This document shows positions 7,797 to 17,998 of a DNA stretch of 61,635 bases, piece by piece. Within the stretch, counting starts at the first letter, position 1. Each line of letters starts with the position of its first letter. This stretch comes from Coriobacteriia bacterium (GTDB lineage Bacteria; Actinomycetota; Coriobacteriia; WRKU01; WQUG01). The notes below the pieces were generated by a model that was not told the DNA's origin, did not search any database, and saw only the letters and a program-made list of their open reading frames with translations. Location of the stretch: assembly GCA_009785795.1 (NCBI GenBank), contig WQVN01000003.1, positions 1 to 61,635 on the forward strand, in the 5' to 3' direction. Made by a program: the position numbers and the translations under genes.

Positions 7797-10237
7797 GCGT
7801 CGTTCGTTCCCCCATGATCAAAGTCGTCATCATCACCAGAGGTCATCATTTTCGCTAAATCTTCTGCATCCATAAAGACCTCGCGAGGTTTTGAGCCATC
7901 AGGTGGCCCCACTACCCCCTTTGACTGTAACATATCCATGATACGCCCTGCACGCGAATATCCCACTTTGAAACGTCTTTGTATGCCAGAGGTCGACCCA
8001 AAGCCTGCAGACACTACCATTTCTGCTGCCTCCCACAATAAGGGATCGTCCTCACTACTTGCACCACCTGCTGCACCACCACCAGCAGTCGAAGCTGCCG
8101 CGGTCAAAATGTCGTCATGATAGTCAGCGTCGGACTGCTTCTTTATTTCATTGACAACCGCATCGATCTCGCCCTCGGAAACATAACAGCCCTGTATGCG
8201 TTTTGGATGTGGCCATGCTGGTGTTGAAAACAGCATGTCACCAAGTCCCGTCAATTGCTCTGCGCCACTCTGATCAAGCACCACGCGCGAATCAATTGCT
8301 GTTGCCGTTCTAAACGCAACCCTATTGGTAATGTTTGCCTTGATAAGTGACGTTACAACATTGGCATCGGGACGCTGTGTGGCAACAATCAAATGAATGC
8401 CTGCCGCACGCGCCAGCTGCGCAATGCGAACAATGGACGACTCGACTTCTTTTGCTGCAACCATCATGAGATCTGCGAGTTCGTCAATAACGATTACCAG
8501 ATAGGGCATCTCTTCTGCGCCTTCGTCTAATTTTCCATCAATAAGCTGCTGGTTGTACTCTCCAATATTTCGCACTCGTGCCTTTTCAAGTACCTTTAAG
8601 CGACGGTCCATTTCGTGAGTTGCCCATGCAAGTGCAGCTGCCGCCTCTTTTGCTGTGGTGACAACAGGTACATACAGATGCGGCAACCCATTGAACATAG
8701 ACAGCTCAACACGTTTTGGATCGATTAAGATCATGCGCACTTCTGCAGGAGTCGCACGCATGATGATAGACATAATCATGGTATTGATAGCAACAGATTT
8801 ACCTGATCCTGTTGATCCGCCAATCAGCAGATGGGGCATCCCTGCAAGATTACGAGAAATGCTTGCACCCGTGATATCCTTGCCCATAAACAGGGTTAGT
8901 GGACTATCAGCAGATGTCGCAGGCGTGATAATGTCACCTAGAGTCACCGAACTACGATCTGCATTGGGCACCTCTACCCCCACAAGACTCTCACCTGGAA
9001 TGGGTGCCAAAATACGCAAGGTCGGAGCAGCAAGTGCAAGTGCAAGATCATCAGCAAGCGTCGTGACCTTGTTTAGGCGAATACCACGTGCAATCTCGAC
9101 CTTGTACAGGGTGACGGTTGGTCCTACAATCCAGTCAACAACGCGTGAATCAACATCAAATATGCGCAGAGTATCCACCAGAGAATCTGCGGTCGCCTGC
9201 TTTTCTGCATGCGCTTCATCACTGTCTGCACTGCCATTTGCAGCACTTTTCACAAGTAGATCAAGGGATGGCAACTCAAAGCCATCCTGCGCACGAGGTG
9301 TTGTTGTGTTTTGTGTCATCTGTTCTGAGGGACGGGCATCCAGCACCTGCGTTGCAGAATCATTAGTATTGTCTGCCGCATGTCCGCCCTGACAGTCATC
9401 ATAGGCATCATCAAAAGTTCCCTCTGCAAGAATTTCAGTGGAACTGTCACTTGCAGGACTATCTGAAAGTAGTTTTGTTGGCTGATCTTCGAAAGAATTC
9501 GATGCAGGTTGCTTGCGCTTTCTGCTTGTATTGTCAGAGAGCTTTGTCGTGCGCGAACCCTCGCGCATTGCTTGCTCTGCTTCGCGATGAGCACGGCTTT
9601 CCAGAGCAAGCTCTCTGCGCGCAAGGATCCACTCGAAGACTGCTGATAGCGATACTCCCGTAATCACCAGCCCGATTAATGCTACTGCACCTAAGATTAC
9701 GTACGATATGGCAGTGCCCAGCAAGGTATGAAGTCCCCAGGCAATAGCATTACCTACATAGCCTCCAAAAAACTGTAGACCGTCAAAACTAAAGGTTTCT
9801 ACCGTACCCGTTACTGCTTGCAGACCAGCAAGACTGGTGAGTGACAGCAATAAACACCCCAGTCCCAGTGCAAAACGCGCCTCTGCAAAGCGCAGTGCGG
9901 GAATGAAAAAGGTTAGTCCCATAACGATAAGAACAAAGGGAAAGGCAAAGCGTCCAATGCCTATGACGAAGCCCAATCCCAGTGCAATGAATTCCGCAAC
10001 AACACCTGTCTGTGGCAAGATTACGGCAAGTGCAAGTGCAATACCTAATGCCAGTAAAACAATGCCCCAAATGTCTGACAGTGCGCGCTCATCAATAAGG
10101 GGTTCACGTTCAGGTGTATTTTTTGCACGACTTGCCGCTGATTTGCGCGAACCTGTCTTTGCATCGTTTTTGCGCGAACCTGTCTTTGTGGCCTTAGAAC
10201 GCGCTGTTGAACCTGCTGTTTTCTTCTTCGCTGACAC
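7793..10237 (-). CDS. ftsK: DNA translocase FtsK
   Basis: Basic N-terminus, four or more TM helices, a long low-complexity linker, a motor domain with GGSTGSGKSV and DELADLM, and a C-terminal gamma-like winged helix. Confidence 0.92.
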   Translation of the reverse strand: MSAKKKTAGSTARSKATKTGSRKNDAKTGSRKSAASRAKNTPEREPLIDERALSDIWGIVLLALGIALALAVILPQTGVVAEFIALGLGFVIGIGRFAFPFVLIVMGLTFFIPALRFAEARFALGLGCLLLSLTSLAGLQAVTGTVETFSFDGLQFFGGYVGNAIAWGLHTLLGTAISYVILGAVALIGLVITGVSLSAVFEWILARRELALESRAHREAEQAMREGSRTTKLSDNTSRKRKQPASNSFEDQPTKLLSDSPASDSSTEILAEGTFDDAYDDCQGGHAADNTNDSATQVLDARPSEQMTQNTTTPRAQDGFELPSLDLLVKSAANGSADSDEAHAEKQATADSLVDTLRIFDVDSRVVDWIVGPTVTLYKVEIARGIRLNKVTTLADDLALALAAPTLRILAPIPGESLVGVEVPNADRSSVTLGDIITPATSADSPLTLFMGKDITGASISRNLAGMPHLLIGGSTGSGKSVAINTMIMSIIMRATPAEVRMILIDPKRVELSMFNGLPHLYVPVVTTAKEAAAALAWATHEMDRRLKVLEKARVRNIGEYNQQLIDGKLDEGAEEMPYLVIVIDELADLMMVAAKEVESSIVRIAQLARAAGIHLIVATQRPDANVVTSLIKANITNRVAFRTATAIDSRVVLDQSGAEQLTGLGDMLFSTPAWPHPKRIQGCYVSEGEIDAVVNEIKKQSDADYHDDILTAAASTAGGGAAGGASSEDDPLLWEAAEMVVSAGFGSTSGIQRRFKVGYSRAGRIMDMLQSKGVVGPPDGSKPREVFMDAEDLAKMMTSGDDDDFDHGGTNDA

Positions 10238-10264
10238 TAGCGTATTTTCCTCGTACCTTCCCTA

Positions 10265-11104
10265 CTAAAAACCGACAAAGTAAAGCGCTGCAAGTACTAC
10301 TCCCAGTAAAGCAGCATATAGCGCAAAGTAATTCAGACTAGTCTTTGACACAAGTCTAATCATCCATGCAATAGTCAGATAACCCAGCACGCCCGCAATC
10401 ACAAAACTCACTGCCGATATCCAAAAGCTAGGCAATATCAAGGTTCCCTGCAACATCCGCGCCACATCGCGCACAGATCCTGCCACGATAATGGGAATCG
10501 TCAGCAGAAAGCTATAACGTGTTGCCTGTGGTCTGGACAGTCCCATCCACAATCCCGCAGCAATAGTCGCACCACTGCGTGAAATTCCTGGAATCACTGC
10601 AAGTCCTTGAATAAATCCAATAAAGGCAGCACGCCCCAAAGTGAGCTTGTCCATTGTCCGCCGCAAATTAAGCTTTGCAAGCACATATTCTGAGGAAATC
10701 AACATGGCTGCCGTCACCACAAACATTGAACCCAGTATTAGCAAATTGCTAGAGAACTGTGCCAGATAGCCCGAGAGCAATAATCCCATGGGACCTGTTA
10801 CCAGCATACTAATAATCAGAAAGATAGTCGTGCGGCGCTGTGGACGCATTGATTCAGCATTCTTTGGCATCCAAGAGACTATAAAGTCTTTAATGTCATT
10901 GCGAAAGTACACCACAGCAGCAATCAGGGTTGGAATATGCAGAAAGAAGTAAAAATCGACTGCTGCCTGCGGATCACCGTCAAAAAACATATTCAAAATC
11001 GACAAATGTCCAGAACTTGACACGGGAATAAATTCTGTTATCCCCTGCACAATCGCCATAACGACAGCATATGTCCAATCAGCTATGACAACTATGCTTA
11101 ACAC
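10265..11104 (-). CDS. uppP: undecaprenyl-diphosphate phosphatase
   Basis: BacA/UppP signature GITEFIPVSSSGHL and PGISRSG; polytopic membrane protein. Confidence 0.9.
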   Translation of the reverse strand: MLSIVVIADWTYAVVMAIVQGITEFIPVSSSGHLSILNMFFDGDPQAAVDFYFFLHIPTLIAAVVYFRNDIKDFIVSWMPKNAESMRPQRRTTIFLIISMLVTGPMGLLLSGYLAQFSSNLLILGSMFVVTAAMLISSEYVLAKLNLRRTMDKLTLGRAAFIGFIQGLAVIPGISRSGATIAAGLWMGLSRPQATRYSFLLTIPIIVAGSVRDVARMLQGTLILPSFWISAVSFVIAGVLGYLTIAWMIRLVSKTSLNYFALYAALLGVVLAALYFVGF

Positions 11105-11116
11105 TGTCGCGCACTC

Positions 11117-12994
11117 TTAAATTTCCATCAAAATGGGAATAATCATTGGACGTGTTTTTGTGCGTTCCCACACCAATTGTGAGACAGCATCACGTACAGA
11201 GCGACGTGCGTTATGCAGTGGTGCATTTTCACGCAGATTGCGCTCCAGTGTTTTCTCTGCGCGTTCTGCAATTTCTGATTGGAAAAAATCAGCATCTGAA
11301 ACGCTTACCCCACGTAGAATAATTTCAACATCGCCTGCTACTTTTTTACGACGGCGGCTTACATTGGCAACAACTGTCACGATACCGTCTTGGCTCAAAT
11401 GTTGCCTGTCGCGCAAAACTACGCTGTCAAAGTCGCCCACGTTTAAGCCGTCAACATAGATAACACCGTTATGAACAGGGTCTTTTTGATATGCGCCATC
11501 TGCATCAAATTCAAGCACATCGCCATTTTCAAGCACAAATATATACTCTGGCGGGATGCCTACCTCGAGGGCAAGATTCTTATGGGCATGCAGATGTCTG
11601 GTCTCACCGTGAACTGGCATGAAATATTCTGGCTTGATTATATTCAGCAGCAACTTCAGTTCTTCTGACGCGGCATGCCCGCTGACATGCACCATCGCAT
11701 TTGACTTGTCATAGACAGTCGCACCACATTTGATTAACTGGTTAATAACGGTATTCACTGCCTGCTCATTGCCTGGAACAGGAGTTGCTGAAAAAATTAC
11801 CGTATCATCAGTGCCAATGCGAATGCTTCTGTGTTCACCTATCGCCATGCGGGACAACGCAGACAGTGGCTCGCCCTGACTGCCCGTACACAGCACAACA
11901 ATATCCTCTGGCGCGTGATCACGCAAATCATATGCATCAAGCAGCATGTGTTGATCAATATTAAAGTAGCCCAATTTACCTGCGATTTCAGTATTGCGCA
12001 GCATGCTACGCCCCGTCACCGCAATTTTTCTACCTGCAGCGATCACTGCATCACAAATTTGCTGTACTCGATGAATGTGACTGGAAAACGATGCAATGAT
12101 TACCCGTCCTGGCGCACGCTTAATAATGCCCTGCAAAGTACGTCCAACCTCTGCCTCGCTACGAGTAACGCCGGGCACTTCTGCACCTGTCGAGTCTGAA
12201 AGCAGCAGCATAACACCATTCTCTCCTGCTGCAGCAAGTGCACCGTAGTCAGCAACCTTGCCGTCGATAGGCGTTTGGTCAAACTTGAAGTCGCCTGTGT
12301 GCAATATGTCTCCAACAGGAGTCTTGATCAGAATTGCAAGCGCGTCAGGAATTGAGTGATTAATGTGAATAAAGTTCAAATCAAAAACACCACACGAAAC
12401 ATCACTGTCGCCAGTGACCTCCGTGTACTTAACATTCTTTATGCCATGTTCATCCAACTTACCCTTAATCATGCCGCAAGTCAGCTTACTTGCAATAATG
12501 GGCACACTCCGGCGGCTTAAGTCCTTTAACAGCCAAGGCAGAGCACCCGTGTGATCTTCGTGACCATGCGTAATGACAATGCCACGCAGCTTATGTTCAT
12601 TTTCAACAACGTATGCATAATCAGGCAAAATCAAATCAATGCCCAACTGCTGATCGTTGGGAAACATCAATCCTGCATCGACAACAATCATGTCATCACC
12701 GTATTCAAATACGGTCATGTTTTTGCCAATGCCGTCAAGTCCACCTAGAGGAATCACGCGCAGACGAGCACTTTGCGCTTTTTCTCGCTGCTTCTTTGGC
12801 GCTGATTTTTGCGGCTGCTTATTGCGTGGCTTTGATTTTGTCTTGGGCTTCGACGCAGGTCCTGTTTTCGCTAACTGCTTATCTTTTTGCTTTGCCAACT
12901 GCCTATCGCCTTGACGAAGCAGCTGGTTCCCTTTACTTTTTTTACCTTTTTTACTGCTCGCAGTATTTGTTTCACCTGATGGCTTAGAGCTCAT
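11117..12994 (-). CDS. rnj: ribonuclease J with a lysine-rich N-terminal extension of about 85 aa
   Basis: Metallo-beta-lactamase/beta-CASP core (HGHEDHTG). ATG at 12994 has GGAGG 4 nt upstream and overlaps the dapA 3' end by 11 nt. Confidence 0.9.
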   Translation of the reverse strand: MSSKPSGETNTASSKKGKKSKGNQLLRQGDRQLAKQKDKQLAKTGPASKPKTKSKPRNKQPQKSAPKKQREKAQSARLRVIPLGGLDGIGKNMTVFEYGDDMIVVDAGLMFPNDQQLGIDLILPDYAYVVENEHKLRGIVITHGHEDHTGALPWLLKDLSRRSVPIIASKLTCGMIKGKLDEHGIKNVKYTEVTGDSDVSCGVFDLNFIHINHSIPDALAILIKTPVGDILHTGDFKFDQTPIDGKVADYGALAAAGENGVMLLLSDSTGAEVPGVTRSEAEVGRTLQGIIKRAPGRVIIASFSSHIHRVQQICDAVIAAGRKIAVTGRSMLRNTEIAGKLGYFNIDQHMLLDAYDLRDHAPEDIVVLCTGSQGEPLSALSRMAIGEHRSIRIGTDDTVIFSATPVPGNEQAVNTVINQLIKCGATVYDKSNAMVHVSGHAASEELKLLLNIIKPEYFMPVHGETRHLHAHKNLALEVGIPPEYIFVLENGDVLEFDADGAYQKDPVHNGVIYVDGLNVGDFDSVVLRDRQHLSQDGIVTVVANVSRRRKKVAGDVEIILRGVSVSDADFFQSEIAERAEKTLERNLRENAPLHNARRSVRDAVSQLVWERTKTRPMIIPILMEI

Positions 12995-13898
12995 CGAGCC
13001 TCCTAAATGTATCATCCATAACCTGCAGCAGTTCCGCACTCTGTTCATCAGTGGCGTTAATTAGCGGTAAACGCACCCCACCAACAGGGAAATCAAGCAG
13101 TGCCAGTGCACGCTTTACCAGTATGGGATTGGCTGTCACAAACAACGCGTTTTGCAGGGGACGCAATGTGCGATCATAGCGCTCTGCTGTCTGAAAATCG
13201 CCTGCTACATAGGCATCTATCATCGTCTTCATCGCAGTTGCTGCAATGTTTCCAATCGTCGATATTACTCCTACACCGCCACGGCTAATGTTGGGCAGTG
13301 TCAAGCAATCGTCTCCTGCAAAAATCTCGAAATCATCAGGAGTTCCTGCCACAATTTCTTCAAGCTGCTTCATGTCGTCATTTGCCTGCTTGAGTGCTCG
13401 AATATTGGGCACGTCGTCTGCAAGTCTAATTATTGTCTCTGGATCGATGTTCATTACGCTGCGACCTGGGATGTTGTAGACCACAACAGGAACATCAACC
13501 GCTTCTGCTACAGCACGCATGTGCTGATAGATTCCTTCTTGTGGTGGCTTATTGTAATAGGGAGTAACCACCATAACTCCATTAATGCGGCCATTGCGCA
13601 AAGCGGTAACACGCTGCGCAAATAGCACGCTGTCCTCTGTGCAATTGTCACCTACATTAGCAACCAGGGGCACATCTGGTCCAACTGCATCAATGACAGC
13701 CTCGAACAATTCACAACGTTCATCGCGGCTAATGGTCGGACTCTCTCCTGTTGTACCATTGACAATTAGCCCATCATTTCCTTGAGCCATCAGACGTTTT
13801 GCTAGTTCTTGCGCACGCGGCAAATCAAGAGAATTATCGTCATTAAAGGGGGTAACCATTGCAGTTAGCAAGCGACCAAAGCGTGGTGTGTAAGTCAT
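12984..13898 (-). CDS. dapA: 4-hydroxy-tetrahydrodipicolinate synthase
   Basis: TAMVTPF, GTTGES and YNIPGRS motifs. ATG at 13898 is preceded by AAGGAGAG. The ORF-track N-terminal extension looks non-coding. Confidence 0.9.
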   Translation of the reverse strand: MTYTPRFGRLLTAMVTPFNDDNSLDLPRAQELAKRLMAQGNDGLIVNGTTGESPTISRDERCELFEAVIDAVGPDVPLVANVGDNCTEDSVLFAQRVTALRNGRINGVMVVTPYYNKPPQEGIYQHMRAVAEAVDVPVVVYNIPGRSVMNIDPETIIRLADDVPNIRALKQANDDMKQLEEIVAGTPDDFEIFAGDDCLTLPNISRGGVGVISTIGNIAATAMKTMIDAYVAGDFQTAERYDRTLRPLQNALFVTANPILVKRALALLDFPVGGVRLPLINATDEQSAELLQVMDDTFRRLDEL

Positions 13899-14056
13899 TC
13901 CTACTCTCCTTTTGAATCTGTGGGCTCTCAAGTAAGGCAAATGCTGTCCCGCCCAGGGCACAGCACACGACAAGCCATGGCACATTCGCACCCCAAACAG
14001 CATCAATTGTCGCACAGTGCTTAGATACTATGCGTCTGCCAGCAATTCGTTACCTT

Positions 14057-15571
14057 TTAGATTAGAAAAAGGGTAACAGCTACACCTATGACACCAATAG
14101 CTGCAAGCACAAACACGGGGATTTTGGGCATTTCTCCCTTTTTGTCCATTGCCTTGCCAAACATAAAGAACACAAAAGGATGAACTAAGAAAGGCATGGC
14201 AAAAATGAAGGGGAGTAGACTTGCGATTTCTGCACCAAACATACCATCTTGTGTTGCTGCAAAAAGACCAAAGTGTGACAATGAGGAAGCGACTCCGGCA
14301 GCCGCATAGTCAAGCGACATGCCAAAGACACTCAATAGAGCAAATCCGCCAAACATTGCCGTAAGTTGCCAGCCCAGAGCAAACTTCATAATGCCTTTGA
14401 TTTCCTTATTGTCATCGCCATTCGAGGTCCGCAAGCTACGAAAAGACCATGCCGTCAAGATAATGCCCACAGCGAGCGCGACAAGAGCAGGAATTATCAT
14501 CAGACCGCCCTGCGCAGCACTTATGGCAAGAATCGAGAATACAAAGACATGGGCAATAAAGGGCAGGTTGATCATAATAGGTGCCCTGTTTGCTGCTTTC
14601 TCGCCCAAGTCGCCTGCAGTACATGCACCCGTAAGACCTGCATGAGCAAGGCCACCTGCAAGGGCGGGTGCCAGATTGCGAACGTTAGCCGTTTTTGCAA
14701 AAAGGATCAGCAGTGCAATTCCGCCAAACATCCACAGTAACTGCCCAAAGAACCCGAACATCAAGACAGAATTCATTTCACTTACCGCAAAGGCATCCAT
14801 AATGCGAGACCCGCCAACCATGAAGTTGCCCGCAAGTACGATGGGAAGACCTGCAAAAAGTAGCGATCTGATGGTCGATCCAAGAGTCCATTTGTAAAAT
14901 ACGGCCCCCAGACCCGCAGTAATTAGCATGGCAAAAAATATTTGCGGTAGCGCGATGATGGGCGCAACAACACCCGCAATGTAGAAGCTTGCAACCAGAA
15001 TTAGGCAAATAATAAAGCTCTCGAAAACGCCTTTGCGCACATACAATTGCTTATTTTTAAAGGTAGTTTTAGGATCGATCAGAATTATGGAAACAGTAAG
15101 ACCGATAAAGGCAAGGATCGCGTAATAGTTGCTGAACATACTTGCATCACTGCCAACTATCAGGCGAAATATTGATTCAATGCCTAATAGAATAAAAAAG
15201 GTGCGAACAATAAAAAAGAGTTGTGAGCTAGTTGTGCCAACCACAATCTCTTCCATCGAAGGAATCATGAAATTGCAGGACTCAACCTTCTCTTTCTGAA
15301 GAAGCTTTCGAAGCTCTTGACCACCTACGAAAAAGGTCGCAATCAGCGCGATGATGGTAGTCCTGCTAATAAGATCTACAATCTGGAATTCAGGAAGTCC
15401 TGGTGTCGCTACACCACTTGCAACTAAAATGTAACCCATGCTTAATCCGAAGACAACGACCAACAAGATTGGCGAATATCTGGTTCCTGCAACAAAAGTA
15501 CGTGCAACTAAGACCAAGGGAACCAACAAGAGTAGTGTTATCCAAAACTGATTCAAAACTTCTACGGTCAT
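14057..15571 (-). CDS. polytopic membrane transporter (12 or more predicted TM), family not recognised
   Basis: 504-aa hydrophobic protein. The N-terminus weakly resembles cation/proton antiporter-type leaders. I could not name a diagnostic motif. Confidence 0.6.
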   Translation of the reverse strand: MTVEVLNQFWITLLLLVPLVLVARTFVAGTRYSPILLVVVFGLSMGYILVASGVATPGLPEFQIVDLISRTTIIALIATFFVGGQELRKLLQKEKVESCNFMIPSMEEIVVGTTSSQLFFIVRTFFILLGIESIFRLIVGSDASMFSNYYAILAFIGLTVSIILIDPKTTFKNKQLYVRKGVFESFIICLILVASFYIAGVVAPIIALPQIFFAMLITAGLGAVFYKWTLGSTIRSLLFAGLPIVLAGNFMVGGSRIMDAFAVSEMNSVLMFGFFGQLLWMFGGIALLILFAKTANVRNLAPALAGGLAHAGLTGACTAGDLGEKAANRAPIMINLPFIAHVFVFSILAISAAQGGLMIIPALVALAVGIILTAWSFRSLRTSNGDDNKEIKGIMKFALGWQLTAMFGGFALLSVFGMSLDYAAAGVASSLSHFGLFAATQDGMFGAEIASLLPFIFAMPFLVHPFVFFMFGKAMDKKGEMPKIPVFVLAAIGVIGVAVTLFLI

Positions 15572-15637
15572 GCTGATCCTCTTCTAGGTATAGGTCGTCT
15601 GGTTACGATTTTGCGTTTTCACACGTACCAAATTCTA

Positions 15638-16273
15638 TCAATATTGTCGCAGTAAGCCCATAAGAGATTCAAGAGCTGCACCGCGGTGACTGATTGCATT
15701 CTTTTCCTGCATATCTAACTGTGCCATGCTGCGCCCTGGCGTTTGCTGTGGCAAGAACAGGGGATCATAGCCAAAGCCCTTATCGCCCTGCGCCGCATGC
15801 GCAATTGAACCCTCACAGCTTCCTGTCGCCACAAGGTAGTTGGGTGCTGCAGGCAATAGCTTATCAAGACCAACCAGCACAAGCGTTGCAGCAAAACGTG
15901 CGCTGCGATGCGCTTGATCTTCTGTGGCCGACAGTTCTGCAAGTAACTTTGCGTTGTTACGCGCATCATCACCTTCTACTCCTCCATACGATGACGAATA
16001 CACGCCTGGTGCACCACCTAAAATGTCAACAACAAGACCCGAATCATCAGCGAGAGTCGGCAAGCCCAGTGCATTAAAGCCAGCATGCGCTTTAATGGCA
16101 GCATTCGCTTCAAAGCTGTCACCGTCCTCGATGGGTGACTCCCACTGCGGCAACAGATCAAAGATGCCACGAAATGTATAGTCCAAACTGTGCTGTACTG
16201 CTGCAGATTGGATCTCTACGAGTTTGCCTTTATTAGATGTAGCAACAACTATGGTCGGCGTCATAAACGACAT
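15638..16273 (-). CDS. rdgB: non-canonical purine NTP pyrophosphatase (RdgB/HAM1 family)
   Basis: ATSNKGKLVEI and GFGYDPLF motifs. It is adjacent to rph, as is typical. Confidence 0.88.
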   Translation of the reverse strand: MSFMTPTIVVATSNKGKLVEIQSAAVQHSLDYTFRGIFDLLPQWESPIEDGDSFEANAAIKAHAGFNALGLPTLADDSGLVVDILGGAPGVYSSSYGGVEGDDARNNAKLLAELSATEDQAHRSARFAATLVLVGLDKLLPAAPNYLVATGSCEGSIAHAAQGDKGFGYDPLFLPQQTPGRSMAQLDMQEKNAISHRGAALESLMGLLRQY

Positions 16274-16274
16274 G

Positions 16275-16988
16275 CTATTCTAACGTCTCTTTCTGAAGTG
16301 CCAGTAGCTCTGCCAAGCCTGCCTGAGCAACATTGAGCATTCCATTTAACTGGTGACGAGTAAAGGCAAGTTGCTCGCCTGTCCCCTGCAATTCGATAAA
16401 GCGTTCTTTATCATCGCCCACAACATTCATATCAACTTCTGCACGAGAATCTTCACTGTAGTCCAAATCTAGCAGTACCGTGCCATCAACCATGCCAACA
16501 CTTACTGCCGCTACTTGTCCCATTAGTGGCACACGTGCGATCTTGCCTGCATCACGCCACTGGGCAAGCGCATCTGCAAGTGCAATATAGGCACCCGTAA
16601 TGGCAACACAGCGCGTTGAGCCATCTGCCTGAATAACATCGCAATCCACTGTCACGGTGACCTCGCCTAAAGCTCCCATATCAACGACAGTGCGTAATGA
16701 GCGCGCAATCAATCGCTCGATTTCAAGAGTACGTCCTTTTGCACCACGACGTTCACGACGACTGCGACTATGGGTCGATGCTGGCAACAACGAATACTCT
16801 GCTGTTACCCAACCCTGTCCCTTGCCAGCCAGCCAGCCAGGAACACCCACTTCGATGCTTGCTGCACACAGAACTTGTGTGCCGCCTGCTGCTATCATGC
16901 ATGACCCCGCAGCGTGGTTCAAGATGTCACGCTCAATTGTTAGCGGGCGTAATGCCTGCACCTCTCGATTTTCCGCTCGCTTTATCAC
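16275..16988 (-). CDS. rph: ribonuclease PH
   Basis: Full-length RNase PH-like sequence (RGAKGRTLEIERLIARSLR, DCDVIQADGSTR). Confidence 0.92.
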   Translation of the reverse strand: MIKRAENREVQALRPLTIERDILNHAAGSCMIAAGGTQVLCAASIEVGVPGWLAGKGQGWVTAEYSLLPASTHSRSRRERRGAKGRTLEIERLIARSLRTVVDMGALGEVTVTVDCDVIQADGSTRCVAITGAYIALADALAQWRDAGKIARVPLMGQVAAVSVGMVDGTVLLDLDYSEDSRAEVDMNVVGDDKERFIELQGTGEQLAFTRHQLNGMLNVAQAGLAELLALQKETLE

Positions 16989-17857
16989 ACTTTGCCTCCT
17001 TCAAGCTGCAAGTGCCTAATATCGGTCAGGTCTGTACCAAATATTTTTGACCCCAACTGGTCAAACTCTGCAATATTGTCATCTGTTGTATAAAAGACAT
17101 GATGAGGCCGATTCTGCTTGCTTGCCAACTGATCGCCATCCTTTAAGGTCTGCTGGACCTCAGCAGCAACCTCGCTGCCAGCGCACACAATTGCAACATC
17201 TGAGCCTGCAGCACGTTGCAGAGCTTGCGACAGCACAGGGTAGTGTGTACAACCCAGCAACAAGGTGTCTGGTCTGTCCTTTGTGCCCTCTTCAAATAGG
17301 GGCTGCAAGTAGCTTTCTGCCAAATGATAGTATTCGCCACCATCTGACGTCTGATGCATCATCTGATCTTCAAGACCAGATTCTACAATTCCTGCCAATT
17401 CTGGTGTGGCAGAAGCTACAACTTGTGCGCTACTGTTGATGCGAGCAACTGCATGAGGATACGCATCTGAGTTAACTGTGCGCTCTGTCCCAATAACAGC
17501 AATGTTGCCTGACTTGCTTGCAGCGAGTGCGGCGCGCGCTCCCGCATCAATAACGCCAACAACAGGAATATCAGCACGCTGTCTGGCCGCCTGCAAGCCA
17601 CAGGCAGTCGCCGTATTGCAGGCAATCACTATCATTTTGACCTGCTGACTGACAAGGAAGTCTGTAATTTGCTGTACGTATTCGCGCACCTGGTCTGCAT
17701 CACGCGAACCATAGGGGCAGCGAGCCTGATCTCCTACATATATTAGTGATTCAGCGGACAGCAAGCCTGCGATTTCTCGCGCGACAGTCAAGCCTCCCAG
17801 CCCTGAGTCAAATATCCCAATTGCAGCATTATTCATAGCGTACATAGTGTATACCAA
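16985..17857 (-). CDS. murI: glutamate racemase
   Basis: IGIFDSGLGGLTV, ACNTA and GCTHYP motifs. The start could instead be the internal MNNAA at 17836. Confidence 0.9.
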   Translation of the reverse strand: MVYTMYAMNNAAIGIFDSGLGGLTVAREIAGLLSAESLIYVGDQARCPYGSRDADQVREYVQQITDFLVSQQVKMIVIACNTATACGLQAARQRADIPVVGVIDAGARAALAASKSGNIAVIGTERTVNSDAYPHAVARINSSAQVVASATPELAGIVESGLEDQMMHQTSDGGEYYHLAESYLQPLFEEGTKDRPDTLLLGCTHYPVLSQALQRAAGSDVAIVCAGSEVAAEVQQTLKDGDQLASKQNRPHHVFYTTDDNIAEFDQLGSKIFGTDLTDIRHLQLEGGKV

Positions 17858-17998
17858 TTTTGTATTTCAGTAGTCATCTTACTGAAACGAAGACACATAG
17901 AGAAAGATTATCGCTATTCTTAGGTAGCAGGACTACCTCAAGAATGGACGATGCTGTCCTATGGACGGCGCCCTGCTGTTTTCAAAGATTGATTGCAG

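Noticed and set aside
8655-9392. 245-aa plus-strand ORF
   Set aside because: It lies entirely antisense to the conserved ftsK motor domain. Its composition is Ser/Arg/Ala-rich, as is typical of shadow frames. It has no ribosome-binding site or recognisable motif.
13899-14056. Possible lysine riboswitch (L-box) upstream of dapA
   Set aside because: The spacer is only 158 nt, and I could not find the conserved L-box core sequences or its multi-helix arrangement.
17858-17998. Several small palindromes (tttcagta..tactgaaa, aggtag..ctacct) between murI and the DUF554 gene
   Set aside because: The stems are short and lack U-tracts. This fits an ordinary weak terminator or promoter spacer, and nothing distinctive could be supported.
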